IMG/VR virus record: IMGVR_UViG_3300027770_000035
Strand: one strand, 5' to 3'
DNA length: 64,000 bases
Source: an uncultured virus (IMG/VR IMGVR_UViG_3300027770_000035)
Taxonomy: Duplodnaviria; Heunggongvirae; Uroviricota; Caudoviricetes
Positions 19,639 through 29,017 of this stretch are shown piece after piece. Position numbers and translations under genes: made by a program. The notes beneath the pieces were generated by a model. It did not search any database. It saw nothing but the letters and a program-made list of their open reading frames with translations, and was not told the DNA's origin. The first letter of the stretch is position 1. Each line of letters starts with the position of its first letter.

Positions 19639-21684
19639 TTAGCAGATCTTATCAATAAAACTCCTCACGATGGTCTGCTTCTCCTTTGTGATCTTATTGG
19701 AAGATATATACGAAGTATTTATATCCTCGATTGTGGTAGCAGACTTCATCTTATCACCATCCTTCTTGACTTGGAAACATGCAGGGTCGATGAAATACGT
19801 CTCATCATATCCCATCAACTTGGCAGTATCTACCACAGCAAATGGAGCCGCAGTATCAGTATATTTCCGACCATACCTAGATGTTTTACTTCGCATATCC
19901 AGGATATAGAAGTTAACTACATTGACGTATTGAACCCTCTTCTTCATAAGTTCTAGGATCGCCATCGGCACAGTATTCGATGCATAGGACGAGAACTGAC
20001 TATGGTTATTCAGAGTCTGGTTAATATTATCAAAGGAAACTTTCATCTTAGTCTTAGGATCAAATACTGAACCGTGATAGGAATGAAAGTCTATACCATC
20101 GGAGTCTCCGCCATCAGTGAGGAAAACCACATTCACAACCTCTGATCCATTTTCTTTTTTCATCTTGTTGACCACGGCATCAAGACAAAGACAAGCAGCA
20201 GCCAGAGCAGTTCCAGACAACTGGAAGTATGAACTATTACGATACTCACCCGACACAATCGTATCGAACATGGTGTTATATTCTTTGATCGACATCTGAG
20301 GAGAAAAGTATTCAATCAGATGGAATGCATGAGGCATATCGACTTGATGTTCTGGAGCAATATCTACCTTATAGTTATACCAGCGATGGTTGCTGTCTCT
20401 ACAGTTGCCTGTGAAATTTATGTCACTGAACCCATACACACTCACCGGAATGCCAGAGTTGCGACAGAATGACACCAGTTCCAAAACCTGGACCAGACAC
20501 GATTTCAAAATTTTTGACATCGATCCTGACATATCCAGGAACACAACCAGACCATGATTTTTACCCTTGAATTTGATTTGACCTGTCATGAAGATCTTAT
20601 CATCAAACTTATAGTTGGTAAGTTTATTCATATCCAGCTTACCAGATCGGAAGTTCAAAGTCTTCTTATATTCGGAGGCTTTCTTTTTCATCTCGAAGAT
20701 CTTGGAGTAATAATCAATGGTAGACTTCCGAGTCTTATTGAATGATGTCCGTGAGGTAGAAATATTAAAGTCAATAGGTTCAACATCATCTTCGTCATCT
20801 TCGACTGATATAGGAGGGTTGAAAATTCCTTTCATATGAAAGAAACTATCTAAGACTGTCTTGTAGGAAATTACAATCTTCTTGAGATCGATCTCAGGAA
20901 TATATTTCGTCTGAGCGGATCTAATTTGATCCTGATTCTTTTTGAGGAATTCTTCTTTGGCCTGTTCTAACTTATTGTTACCATACTTATTCTCGAAGGA
21001 GTCTGAGTCAGAAGATGAATCATCTTTGCCTTCGGATTCCTGATTGTCTTTGCCTTCGGATTCCTGATTGTCTTCGCCTTCGGATTCCTGATTGTCTTTG
21101 CCTGATGATTTCTTATTCTCGTGTTCTTCTTTACAATACTGATATACTTCTTTGCTGAGAGCAACCACATCTTCAAATGTCACAATCGCATCAATCTTGG
21201 CAACGAAGTGATCAAACATCTGATGTTTGGTGAAGTCAACTTTGCCAGGAATCTTGTAGTTCCAGTTGATCTGTTCGATGAGATTTCCCAGCAGAGCCGT
21301 CGCATCATCGATACAGAAGATACCACGTTTGAAAAGTTCTTCGTATCCGAAGTAGAATATATGTCTCATGCCAGGATATTTGGTCTTAACCTTGCGCTCA
21401 ATACGAGCATCCTCGACCACATTCATGACATTCTGGAATACCTTCTTACTACCCTCGAACGCATCAAGTTCAGTCGTCCAGGTATCTATAGGAGTATACA
21501 GAGCATGGCCGATCTCGTGGCCAACGAGCATTTCTTCTTCGACTACTGAGAGATTCTTCCAGTTAGGAATGATGAGACGACGGTACTTCAGATCAAAGTA
21601 TGCGGTCGGAGCATTCTTTTGAATGACATCGATGTCTTCGCCAGCCATCAGCTTGGCGAGTTTCTCTGTGTGTTCTCTAAGCAT
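19639..21684 (-). CDS. HEXXH peptidase-like plus vWA (CobT-like) protein
   Basis: HEIGHALYT, NVVEDARIE, MIDAS DMSGSM, LTDG. Confidence 0.85.
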   Translation of the reverse strand: MLREHTEKLAKLMAGEDIDVIQKNAPTAYFDLKYRRLIIPNWKNLSVVEEEMLVGHEIGHALYTPIDTWTTELDAFEGSKKVFQNVMNVVEDARIERKVKTKYPGMRHIFYFGYEELFKRGIFCIDDATALLGNLIEQINWNYKIPGKVDFTKHQMFDHFVAKIDAIVTFEDVVALSKEVYQYCKEEHENKKSSGKDNQESEGEDNQESEGKDNQESEGKDDSSSDSDSFENKYGNNKLEQAKEEFLKKNQDQIRSAQTKYIPEIDLKKIVISYKTVLDSFFHMKGIFNPPISVEDDEDDVEPIDFNISTSRTSFNKTRKSTIDYYSKIFEMKKKASEYKKTLNFRSGKLDMNKLTNYKFDDKIFMTGQIKFKGKNHGLVVFLDMSGSMSKILKSCLVQVLELVSFCRNSGIPVSVYGFSDINFTGNCRDSNHRWYNYKVDIAPEHQVDMPHAFHLIEYFSPQMSIKEYNTMFDTIVSGEYRNSSYFQLSGTALAAACLCLDAVVNKMKKENGSEVVNVVFLTDGGDSDGIDFHSYHGSVFDPKTKMKVSFDNINQTLNNHSQFSSYASNTVPMAILELMKKRVQYVNVVNFYILDMRSKTSRYGRKYTDTAAPFAVVDTAKLMGYDETYFIDPACFQVKKDGDKMKSATTIEDINTSYISSNKITKEKQTIVRSFIDKIC
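21021..21102. repeat. 24-bp coding tandem repeat (GKDNQESE)
   Basis: gccttcggattcctgattgtctt repeated three times. Confidence 0.9.
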
Positions 21685-21690
21685 ATGACC

Positions 21691-21797
21691 ACTATAGCAG
21701 GTCCAGTCAAAGAACGCAACCAGAGAATTCCCTTTAGAATCATCATAAATAAAGTTTTGAAATTTTAGTTGCAATCTCTCCGAGGATCAGCTATACT
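21691..21797. promoter_or_regulatory. Divergent sigma70-type promoter pair
   Basis: Minus: TTGCGT-17-TATAGT (21691-21719); plus: TTGCAA-17-TATACT (21769-21797). Confidence 0.75.
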
Positions 21798-21805
21798 GGG
21801 TTCAT

Positions 21806-22993
21806 ATGAAACGCAGATTGAATCCGATGCAAGAGTTTATCGAGGATGTCCGGGCAGCATTTCCTGATCACCATGACGGTATGACTCGCAGCCAATTGAT
21901 TCAGGTCTTTGAAGCCACTGGTAATGCCTCGGGTTATCAGGGATTTTGTAAGACTCCTGAATATAAAATTTCTCGTGGACTGTATAAACTACCCACATCT
22001 ATGATCGAGGATACCAAAGTTCAAATGAATATCTCTAAACGGCAACGTGTACCCGAGCCTACACCTATTAATAGTGCGGTGGATACTCCCAAGACAGCTA
22101 TTAGTCTGGTGCCTACTACAGATCCAGACTTTGTGGCATTCGGTGACTATCGTATTGTATATAATCTGGTGAAGGCCAACTCATTCTTTCCGGTGTATAT
22201 CACTGGAGAATCTGGCAATGGCAAGACCAAGATGGTCTATGAGGCCTGTGCCAAGGCCAAACGAGAACTCATTCGTGCCAACATCACAGAGGTTACCGAC
22301 GAGGACGATCTGATTGGTGGATTCCGACTGGTTGATGGTAACACCATCTGGCAGGACGGTCCTGCAATCGAAGCCATGAAACGTGGTGCCGTGCTGTTGC
22401 TGGACGAGATCAATCTTGGTTCTCCCAAGATCATGTGTCTTCAGCCAATTCTCGAAGGTAATCCTATCTATATCAAGAAGACCAACGAATTGGTTTATCC
22501 TGCACCAGGCTTTACTGTGATTGCCACGGCTAACAGCAAGGGTAAGGGATCGTCTGATGGTCGATATATGGGCAGCAATATTCTCAATGAAGCCTTCCTA
22601 GATCGATTTGCCATCACAATCGAACACGACTATCCTTCGACTACGGTGGAAACCAAGATTCTGAATCAGATTCTCACCAAGAATAATGTCACTGATAAGG
22701 ATACTGTGGACTTTGTTCCTCGCCTCATTGAGTGGGCTGCGGCGATTCGCAATACCTTCCGGGAAGGTGCCATTGATGAGATCGTGACTACTCGTCGCCT
22801 GATTCATATTATGAACTTCTACATCTTCTCAGGAACCAAGAATCGTATGAAGGCAATTGAATATTGCATCGCTCGATTCGATGATGAGACCAAGGCATCC
22901 TTCAAGTCTTTGTATCAGAAGTTCGATGCCACTATGGGAATCAATAACACCTGGGATGATTTTGTTATGCCACAAACCTCTGATGCAGCTTAA
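21806..22993 (+). CDS. cobS: MoxR/CobS-like AAA+ ATPase
   Basis: GESGNGKT, DEDDLIGGFRL, LLLDEI, ATAN.KG.G, NEAFLDRF. Confidence 0.9.
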   Translation: MKRRLNPMQEFIEDVRAAFPDHHDGMTRSQLIQVFEATGNASGYQGFCKTPEYKISRGLYKLPTSMIEDTKVQMNISKRQRVPEPTPINSAVDTPKTAISLVPTTDPDFVAFGDYRIVYNLVKANSFFPVYITGESGNGKTKMVYEACAKAKRELIRANITEVTDEDDLIGGFRLVDGNTIWQDGPAIEAMKRGAVLLLDEINLGSPKIMCLQPILEGNPIYIKKTNELVYPAPGFTVIATANSKGKGSSDGRYMGSNILNEAFLDRFAITIEHDYPSTTVETKILNQILTKNNVTDKDTVDFVPRLIEWAAAIRNTFREGAIDEIVTTRRLIHIMNFYIFSGTKNRMKAIEYCIARFDDETKASFKSLYQKFDATMGINNTWDDFVMPQTSDAA

Positions 22994-23024
22994 CGAGGAT
23001 TGTAATAAACTTCTGAATGATATC

Positions 23025-23049
23025 AAGGCTAGGGAAACCTAGCCTTTTT
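23025..23049 (+). terminator. Intrinsic terminator
   Basis: AGGCTAGG-GAAA-CCTAGCCT followed by T-run. Confidence 0.8.
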
Positions 23050-23079
23050 CTTTGGAGCTAAATAAAAACAGGAGTCGTT

Positions 23080-23361
23080 ATGCCAACATATGAGTATCGT
23101 TGTTCCGATTGTGATCATGAATTCGAGAAGCAATTGAAGATGGCCGAGAACAAGTTACCAGAGTCTCAGCCATGTCCTGCCTGTGCCCAATCCAAAATCA
23201 AACAGTTTGTATCACAAATGAATCTTGGAGATTCTGTAAGGCTTGGTGTATCCAAAGTCCCGTCAGACTTCAACAAATTTGTTCTGGATAGAATCCGTAC
23301 AGGCCATCCCCGTCATACAATGGGAAATCCCAAGGCACCAAATAATATTAAAGAGATCTAG
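23080..23361 (+). CDS. FmdB-family zinc-ribbon protein
   Basis: MPTYEYRCxxC...CPxC; CTAAATA and GGAG upstream. Confidence 0.85.
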   Translation: MPTYEYRCSDCDHEFEKQLKMAENKLPESQPCPACAQSKIKQFVSQMNLGDSVRLGVSKVPSDFNKFVLDRIRTGHPRHTMGNPKAPNNIKEI

Positions 23362-23375
23362 AAAAGAGGTTGCAC

Positions 23376-24131
23376 ATGTCAGCAAAACTTCCAGCATCCC
23401 CGAAGTCTCAGACCCGCACAAAGAAGAATCTAGACCAACCCAAGATAGACGCCAGTTTCAAATTGAGATCCATTGTACCGCTCACGAACACTCAGAAGAA
23501 GATCTTTACTGAGTTCGATCAGGCAAAGAATCTGGTTCTGATGGGAACTGCCGGAACAGGAAAGACTTTTTGTTCTATGTATCTGGCATTGAAATCCATC
23601 GTCGATAATAAGAATAATACTGGCCCCAACAAAATTATCATTATCAGATCAGTAGTTTCTTCCAGAGATGTGGGGTTTCTCCCAGGAACACTGAAGGAGA
23701 AGCTGTCTGTGTACGAGGCTCCATACAAAGCAATATTTTCTGAATTGTTGGGCCGAGGCGATGCCTGGGAAATCATGAAGACCAATGGTGTTGTAGACTT
23801 CGTATCTACTTCATATCTACGAGGAACCAGCATCAATGATTCATTCATTATTATGGATGAATTTCAGAACTGTAACCTGAGTGAACTTGATACTATCATG
23901 ACTCGTGTTGGTAAGAATTCTCGAATGATCTTCTGTGGAGATCTGGAACAGACTGATCTACTCAAGAGTCGATTTGATGTAACAGGTCTGCCAAAGTTTG
24001 TATCCATCATAGAGCAGATGCAAAGTTTTAATATCGAAGAGTTTGGTGTGGATGATATTGTCAGATCTGGAATCGTGCGAGAGTACATTCTTGCAAAAAA
24101 ATCCTTGGGTATTGGTTGCGTGCTGGAATAA
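23376..24131 (+). CDS. phoH: PhoH-like ATPase
   Basis: GTAGTGKT, GFLPG..EK, YLRG, DEFQN, CGD.EQTDL. Confidence 0.92.
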   Translation: MSAKLPASPKSQTRTKKNLDQPKIDASFKLRSIVPLTNTQKKIFTEFDQAKNLVLMGTAGTGKTFCSMYLALKSIVDNKNNTGPNKIIIIRSVVSSRDVGFLPGTLKEKLSVYEAPYKAIFSELLGRGDAWEIMKTNGVVDFVSTSYLRGTSINDSFIIMDEFQNCNLSELDTIMTRVGKNSRMIFCGDLEQTDLLKSRFDVTGLPKFVSIIEQMQSFNIEEFGVDDIVRSGIVREYILAKKSLGIGCVLE

Positions 24132-24139
24132 GAAAATTG

Positions 24140-24820
24140 ATGAGAAAAATATATAATCATTTAGGATTGATGCTTCCTGAGTTGGAAGCATCAACAGGAG
24201 ACGATGGAAAACGAATTTACACTACGCCTAATGGCAAAAAGTATTTGTCTGTTACTTCTGTGCTTGGTTCCCTTTCTAAGGACTCAATTGCGGCCTGGAG
24301 GAAAAGAGTAGGAGAAGAGGAAGCCAATCGAGTATCTAGACGAGCCACCACACTGGGAACCACTATTCATAAGATCACCGAAGACTACATCAATAATGTA
24401 GAAGACTACTATGGTGATGTGGGTTTCTATGAGAAAATGATCTTCTCGTCGTTCCAAGAATCTCTGCACCGGATCGATTATGTGATGTGTCAGGAGGTCG
24501 CACTGTATTCGGATCTACTTCAGGTTGCTGGTCGAGTAGATTGTATTGCAGAGTTTGATGGAGAACTATCTATCATCGACTTCAAGACTGCAAATAAACT
24601 CAAAGACGAAGAAGATATTCTGAGTTACTTCATGCAGCTAACAATGTATTCTCTTATGTTTGAGGAGATGACAAAGATTGTTATTCCTAACATTGTTATT
24701 CTGATGATCACCACGTCAGGAGATCGATTGGTATTCAAGAAGAAACGCAAAGATTATTATAAACCAGTGAAGGAGTTGTTAGATGCTCATCGAAGAAATA
24801 TCTCAGATAATAACTGCTGA
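24140..24820 (+). CDS. PD-(D/E)XK exonuclease (Cas4-like)
   Basis: SVTSVL, WRKRVG, GT.IH, AGRVDC, IIDFKT, YFMQ. Confidence 0.85.
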   Translation: MRKIYNHLGLMLPELEASTGDDGKRIYTTPNGKKYLSVTSVLGSLSKDSIAAWRKRVGEEEANRVSRRATTLGTTIHKITEDYINNVEDYYGDVGFYEKMIFSSFQESLHRIDYVMCQEVALYSDLLQVAGRVDCIAEFDGELSIIDFKTANKLKDEEDILSYFMQLTMYSLMFEEMTKIVIPNIVILMITTSGDRLVFKKKRKDYYKPVKELLDAHRRNISDNNC

Positions 24821-25208
24821 CCTCAAGATTGACCGCATGAATCTGGTGGATGAGGCATCACGAACACCCAATCTATTCACCAAGTATCTTGCCATGTTCC
24901 AGGAAGAAAAGCTCAAACTCAAAGCTGCAAAGAGAAAATACTTCTCGGTGTATAAGTCTCGTCGTGAGTTTTATATGGGCACCGCACCCGAAGAAGACTA
25001 CAGAGAAGAAGCCAATGAGAGAAAGGTTCTGCGTCAGGATGTAGAGATCTGGCTGGATGCTGATAACAAATTGCAGACGCAACAAGACCGAGTATCCTAT
25101 CAGGAATGCATTGTGGATATGTTGGAGCGTACTCTGAAAGAGATCAATTCTCGCACATTCCACATCAAGGAAATGATTGCGATGATTAGATTCGAGAGTG
25201 GAATGTAG
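24783..25208 (+). CDS. uvsY: Recombination mediator UvsY
   Basis: DLKID, P.LFTKY, R.FHIK.MI...RFESG; upstream of uvsW. Confidence 0.8.
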   Translation: MLIEEISQIITADLKIDRMNLVDEASRTPNLFTKYLAMFQEEKLKLKAAKRKYFSVYKSRREFYMGTAPEEDYREEANERKVLRQDVEIWLDADNKLQTQQDRVSYQECIVDMLERTLKEINSRTFHIKEMIAMIRFESGM

Positions 25209-25223
25209 AAACTAAATACATAT

Positions 25224-26708
25224 GTGAATATTTTCCTTAAACAATTAGATAATGTGTTTTGCCGAGTCGAGGCAGAACCTCATATTATACAGGAGTTGTC
25301 CGAAAAATTCACATTTGAAGTTCCGAATGCACGCTTTATTCCTTCAGTCAGAAGTAGACGATGGGACGGAAAGATTCGTCTGCTTCGCCGAGGGACCAAC
25401 AAAATATATATTGGTCTCAGTAAGTACATAGAAGAATTTGCCAAAGAAAACTCCTACACCTTCAGTAAAGATTTTGAATGCACTCAGACTCCTGTACCTC
25501 TTAATTTCTCCAAGTGGTTCTACAATGGAGAACAAATCCATCCTCACAACCATCAACTGCTGGCGATCTTTGCTGCTGTCAAGAACAAACGACAGATCTT
25601 CCTCTCACCCACTGGCTCTGGCAAATCCCTAATCATCTATACAATTGCAAGGAATCTTCTTTCTCGGGTTAAGGGGAAGATACTTGTGATGGTCCCAACC
25701 ACCTCCCTCGTCGAACAGATGTACTCTGACTTCGAACAATATGCTGGCACTGAATGGGATGTTGAGAAACACACCACCAGAATATATTCCGGAATGGTTC
25801 GAGAGGACAAGAGAATTGTAATCTCTACCTGGCAGTCCCTATATGATAAACCTGCTTCATACTTTGATGACTACAATGTGGTGATTGGTGACGAGGCCCA
25901 TCTATATAAGAGCAAGGAGATCTCGGCACTGCTGGAAAAGCTGGTCAACTGTGAGTATAGATATGGATGTACTGGCACCCTGGACGGAGAGAACTGTAAT
26001 CAATTGATCTTGGAAGGATTGTTTGGTCCGGTGTTCAATGTAGTATCTACCTCTGATCTGATAGAATCAAAACATCTTTCGAATTTTAAGATTAAATGTT
26101 TTGTCATCAAGTATCCAGATGCAGTTCGGAAGGCCAACAAGGATAATGAATATGAGGACGAGGTCCAGTTCCTTATTGGTAATGATAAAAGAAATAAGTT
26201 CATCGCCGATCTTGCTGTGAATACCCAAGGCAATACTCTGGTGTTATTCTCCAGAGTCGAGTCTCATGGTATGAAGTTATACGATCTCATCAAGCAACGT
26301 ACTAATAGACCAGTGCATTTCATCTATGGTGGGACCGACACCACCATTCGAGAAGACATTCGAACGAGTGTTGAACTGGCCGAAAATTCTATCATGGTCG
26401 CATCCTCTCAGATCTTTTCCACAGGGATAAACATCAAGTCTCTGGCTAACATCATATTCTCTCAGCCTTCCAAATCCAGAGTTCGAACTCTTCAGTCTAT
26501 TGGTCGAGCACTTAGAATCTCTGCCAAGAAAGAGATCGCTACCATCTTTGATATCTCGGATGATCTTACCTGGAAAGGCCGACCCAACTATACTCGGAAT
26601 CATTTTGTGGAACGACTCAAGATCTATACCGAAGAGGACTTCCAATACAGCATTAAAGAGGTGGATCTAGATACCATATATGGCTCACCCAGTATTCCTT
26701 TACTATAG
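25224..26708 (+). CDS. uvsW: SF2 helicase UvsW
   Basis: SPTGSGKS, DEAH, TGT, FSTGIN, QSIGRALR. Confidence 0.95.
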   Translation: MNIFLKQLDNVFCRVEAEPHIIQELSEKFTFEVPNARFIPSVRSRRWDGKIRLLRRGTNKIYIGLSKYIEEFAKENSYTFSKDFECTQTPVPLNFSKWFYNGEQIHPHNHQLLAIFAAVKNKRQIFLSPTGSGKSLIIYTIARNLLSRVKGKILVMVPTTSLVEQMYSDFEQYAGTEWDVEKHTTRIYSGMVREDKRIVISTWQSLYDKPASYFDDYNVVIGDEAHLYKSKEISALLEKLVNCEYRYGCTGTLDGENCNQLILEGLFGPVFNVVSTSDLIESKHLSNFKIKCFVIKYPDAVRKANKDNEYEDEVQFLIGNDKRNKFIADLAVNTQGNTLVLFSRVESHGMKLYDLIKQRTNRPVHFIYGGTDTTIREDIRTSVELAENSIMVASSQIFSTGINIKSLANIIFSQPSKSRVRTLQSIGRALRISAKKEIATIFDISDDLTWKGRPNYTRNHFVERLKIYTEEDFQYSIKEVDLDTIYGSPSIPLL

Positions 26709-26731
26709 TATATCACGTAACTACATCTAAT

Positions 26732-26760
26732 ATTATAGCGGGATTCTAGTCAAAAGTCAA
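26732..26760 (-). promoter_or_regulatory. Orphan sigma70-type promoter antisense to uvsW
   Basis: TTGACT-17-TATAAT; followed only by ATG-TAG. Confidence 0.6.
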
Positions 26761-26857
26761 GCATTACCTGATTAAAAAATCTTAATCATTGTAACCCTTT
26801 ACTTTCATTCCAAAACGAGGTATACTAAATGAGTAGTCGGAAAAAGGAAAAGTTGAT

Positions 26858-27092
26858 TATGAATTTTGGTCTAACCGTAGAACAACTCTTAGAAGATATC
26901 GAAGGTATTGTCAATAGACATCGGATGAACTACATCGATGCCATCGTCTTCTACTGTGATAAGAACAAGTTCGACATTGAGTCTTTGGCTACATTGATTC
27001 CCTCCTCTCTGCGTTCTAAGGTCGAAGAGTCTGCTCGTCAAACTCGGATGCTGAAGAAACAGTACTACAAGATCTCTACTCTTCCCATCTAG
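26858..27092 (+). CDS. gp33: Late transcription co-activator gp33
   Basis: IE.IV....NYIDAIVFYC....DIES...L...LRSKVE..A; alternative start 26829. Confidence 0.85.
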
Positions 27093-27095
27093 TAT

Positions 27096-27257
27096 ATGAC
27101 AAAGAAATCACGATATAACAGAGTGGTGTGGTCTGGGTCTAGGTCTTGGTCTTGGTCTTGGTCTTGTTCTAGGTCTGGGTCTTGGTCTGGATCTGGGTCT
27201 TGGCCTTGGTCTTGGTCTGGGTCTGGGTCTAGGTCTAGGTCTAGGTCTGGTATATAA
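27096..27257 (+). CDS. MTKKSRY-(Ser-X)n peptide, copy A (53 aa)
   Basis: MTKKSRYNRVVWSGSRSWSWSW...SRSRSRSGI*; fills the gp33-gp59 gap with 3-nt spacers. Confidence 0.7.
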   Translation: MTKKSRYNRVVWSGSRSWSWSWSCSRSGSWSGSGSWPWSWSGSGSRSRSRSGI

Positions 27258-27260
27258 TAT

Positions 27261-27887
27261 ATGCCCACACAGGAACGAGCCTACCAGTATTACAAATACT
27301 ATGTGGAGATGAAACTTCATTTCAACTCCCAGTCCTTTGACTTCTTCCGAGGCCACGGCACCCGATCATCTCCCAAGGCTTTCGTCGTAAGAAAAGATCG
27401 ATACTTCTTTGAGAAGATGGCATCGGTATTCAATGTTGAGAAGTATCTTGATAAATTGTTGATTGCTGCCAAAGAGAAGAAGAACTTCTACATCCGAGAT
27501 GTTATGACTCCGGATAACGAGAAGAAGTATCTGAAGACCAAAGGTTATATGGAAGCCTTTGATCGTGTGTTTGAGAAAGAGGTGTCTGATGTCGTAACAT
27601 ACTGTATCAAGAATAATGTGACGAAGAAGACCTTGTTGGAAGGTGATGATGAAGACAAACCCATTATCTATAATCTTCTCAGACAGAATGTGGTCAGCTA
27701 CGAAACCTTCATCTGTCTGGATAAGTTGTATGATGTGACTGACAGATTGGCGAAATTTTCTTTGGATCCTTTGGTAAATGAAACCACATTTTTCATAGAG
27801 AAATACAAACCCTTCTTCTCAAAGCACATTCCAAAGCGAGATCGTCTTAAAAGTATTATCAGTAATACGCTTGACTTGATGAACTAA
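27261..27887 (+). CDS. gp59: Helicase loader gp59
   Basis: Y..MKLHF...FDFF, F..RKDRYFFEK; between gp33 and gp32. Confidence 0.85.
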   Translation: MPTQERAYQYYKYYVEMKLHFNSQSFDFFRGHGTRSSPKAFVVRKDRYFFEKMASVFNVEKYLDKLLIAAKEKKNFYIRDVMTPDNEKKYLKTKGYMEAFDRVFEKEVSDVVTYCIKNNVTKKTLLEGDDEDKPIIYNLLRQNVVSYETFICLDKLYDVTDRLAKFSLDPLVNETTFFIEKYKPFFSKHIPKRDRLKSIISNTLDLMN

Positions 27888-27899
27888 ATATAGTATAAT
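27871..27899 (+). promoter_or_regulatory. gp32 promoter, sigma70-type with nested late motif
   Basis: TTGACT-17-TATAAT with CTAAATA (27884-27890) inside the spacer. Confidence 0.75.
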
Positions 27900-27983
27900 T
27901 GTTATGGGTGGTATGTGAATGCAATAACTACTATCAAACTTACTCAATTCTAGCATAGATGTATAGCAAACAGGAGAACAAAT

Positions 27984-28889
27984 ATGAATTTCAAAGACCT
28001 TAAGAAAACCAGCAGTGCAAATATCAATCAGCTTATTACCGAAATGGATAAGCTCTCGGGTGGTGGCAAGTCCTATATTGATGACCGTTACTGGACGCTG
28101 CCTCTGGATGAGAAGACTGGTAATGCCACTGCACTCATTCGATTTCTTCCAGTAGCAAAGGACAACAACATTCCCTGGGTGTCTCTATTCTCCCACGGTT
28201 TTCAGGGTCCTGGTGGATGGTACATCGAGAACTCCCTGACTACACTGGGACAGCCTGATCCGGTTTCAGAAAAGAATTCTGAACTCTGGAACACAGGTAT
28301 TGATGCCAATAAGGATATTGTTCGCAAACACAAACGCAAACAACATTTCATTACAAACATTCTTGTGGTTTCTGATCCTCGTAATCCTCAGAACGAAGGT
28401 AAGGTATTCCTATATAAATTTGGCAAGAAGATCTTCCAGAAGATCCAGGATGCTCTGAAGCCTGAGTTCGAGACCGACAAGCCTGTCGATGTGTTTGATC
28501 TCTGGAAGGGAGCCAACTTCCGACTGAAGGTTCGCAAGGTCGAAGGATATCCTAATTATGACAACTCATTCTTCGAGGGCGCAGCACCGATCTGTGAAGG
28601 TGATGAGTCCAAGATGGAAGCGGTCTGGAATTCTGAGTATGATCTGAAGGAAATCGTTTCTCCGAAGAACTTCAAGACCTATGACGAACTCAAGACACGG
28701 ATGAATCGTGTGCTGGGTAACACGGCAAAGGCTGGTCCGACTGCTGAATCGAAACAGACGATTCATGAATCTGCTCCGAAGAAGGCCAAGGCCGATCCCG
28801 CTCCTTGGGCTGCGGCTCATGAGCCTGAAGCTTCGGGTGACGACGAGGACGATGCCTTGGCGTACTTCAAGGGTCTGGCAGACGACTAA
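27984..28889 (+). CDS. gp32: ssDNA-binding protein gp32
   Basis: DDRYW, IRFLP, HGFQGPGGWYIENSLTT, GKKIF, GANF; acidic tail. Confidence 0.97.
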   Translation: MNFKDLKKTSSANINQLITEMDKLSGGGKSYIDDRYWTLPLDEKTGNATALIRFLPVAKDNNIPWVSLFSHGFQGPGGWYIENSLTTLGQPDPVSEKNSELWNTGIDANKDIVRKHKRKQHFITNILVVSDPRNPQNEGKVFLYKFGKKIFQKIQDALKPEFETDKPVDVFDLWKGANFRLKVRKVEGYPNYDNSFFEGAAPICEGDESKMEAVWNSEYDLKEIVSPKNFKTYDELKTRMNRVLGNTAKAGPTAESKQTIHESAPKKAKADPAPWAAAHEPEASGDDEDDALAYFKGLADD

Positions 28890-28895
28890 ACTATT

Positions 28896-28954
28896 TTCCC
28901 TTTAGAATCAATGACTTGCAGGGATTCCTTGCATCTTGTTGATTCTAAAGGGAA
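28896..28954. repeat. 16-bp perfect inverted repeat containing an IHF-like site
   Basis: TTCCCTTTAGAATCAA (28896-28911) / TTGATTCTAAAGGGAA (28939-28954); AATCAATGACTTG fits WATCAANNNNTTR. Confidence 0.8.
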
Positions 28955-28962
28955 TTCTTTTG

Positions 28963-28991
28963 TTGACTTCGTTGGCTGGATACGGTACAAT
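28963..28991 (+). promoter_or_regulatory. Sigma70-type promoter
   Basis: TTGACT-17-TACAAT. Confidence 0.75.
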
Positions 28992-29017
28992 AGTTATATA
29001 AGGTTGATTGAAACGAT

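Noticed and set aside
21685..21774. Extended N-terminus of the vWA protein (also track starts at 50004, 12957, 33076)
   Set aside because: Extensions run through promoter elements; downstream starts fit better
21806..22993. Cobalamin biosynthesis gene
   Set aside because: MoxR-type ATPase with a vWA partner; no cobN or other pathway genes
24140..24820. Cas4 as evidence of a CRISPR system
   Set aside because: Stand-alone exonuclease typical of T4-like phages
27108..27356. Poly-(RP) ORF on the minus strand
   Set aside because: Shadow of the hexamer array; the plus-strand S-X frame has the conserved leader and fits the operon
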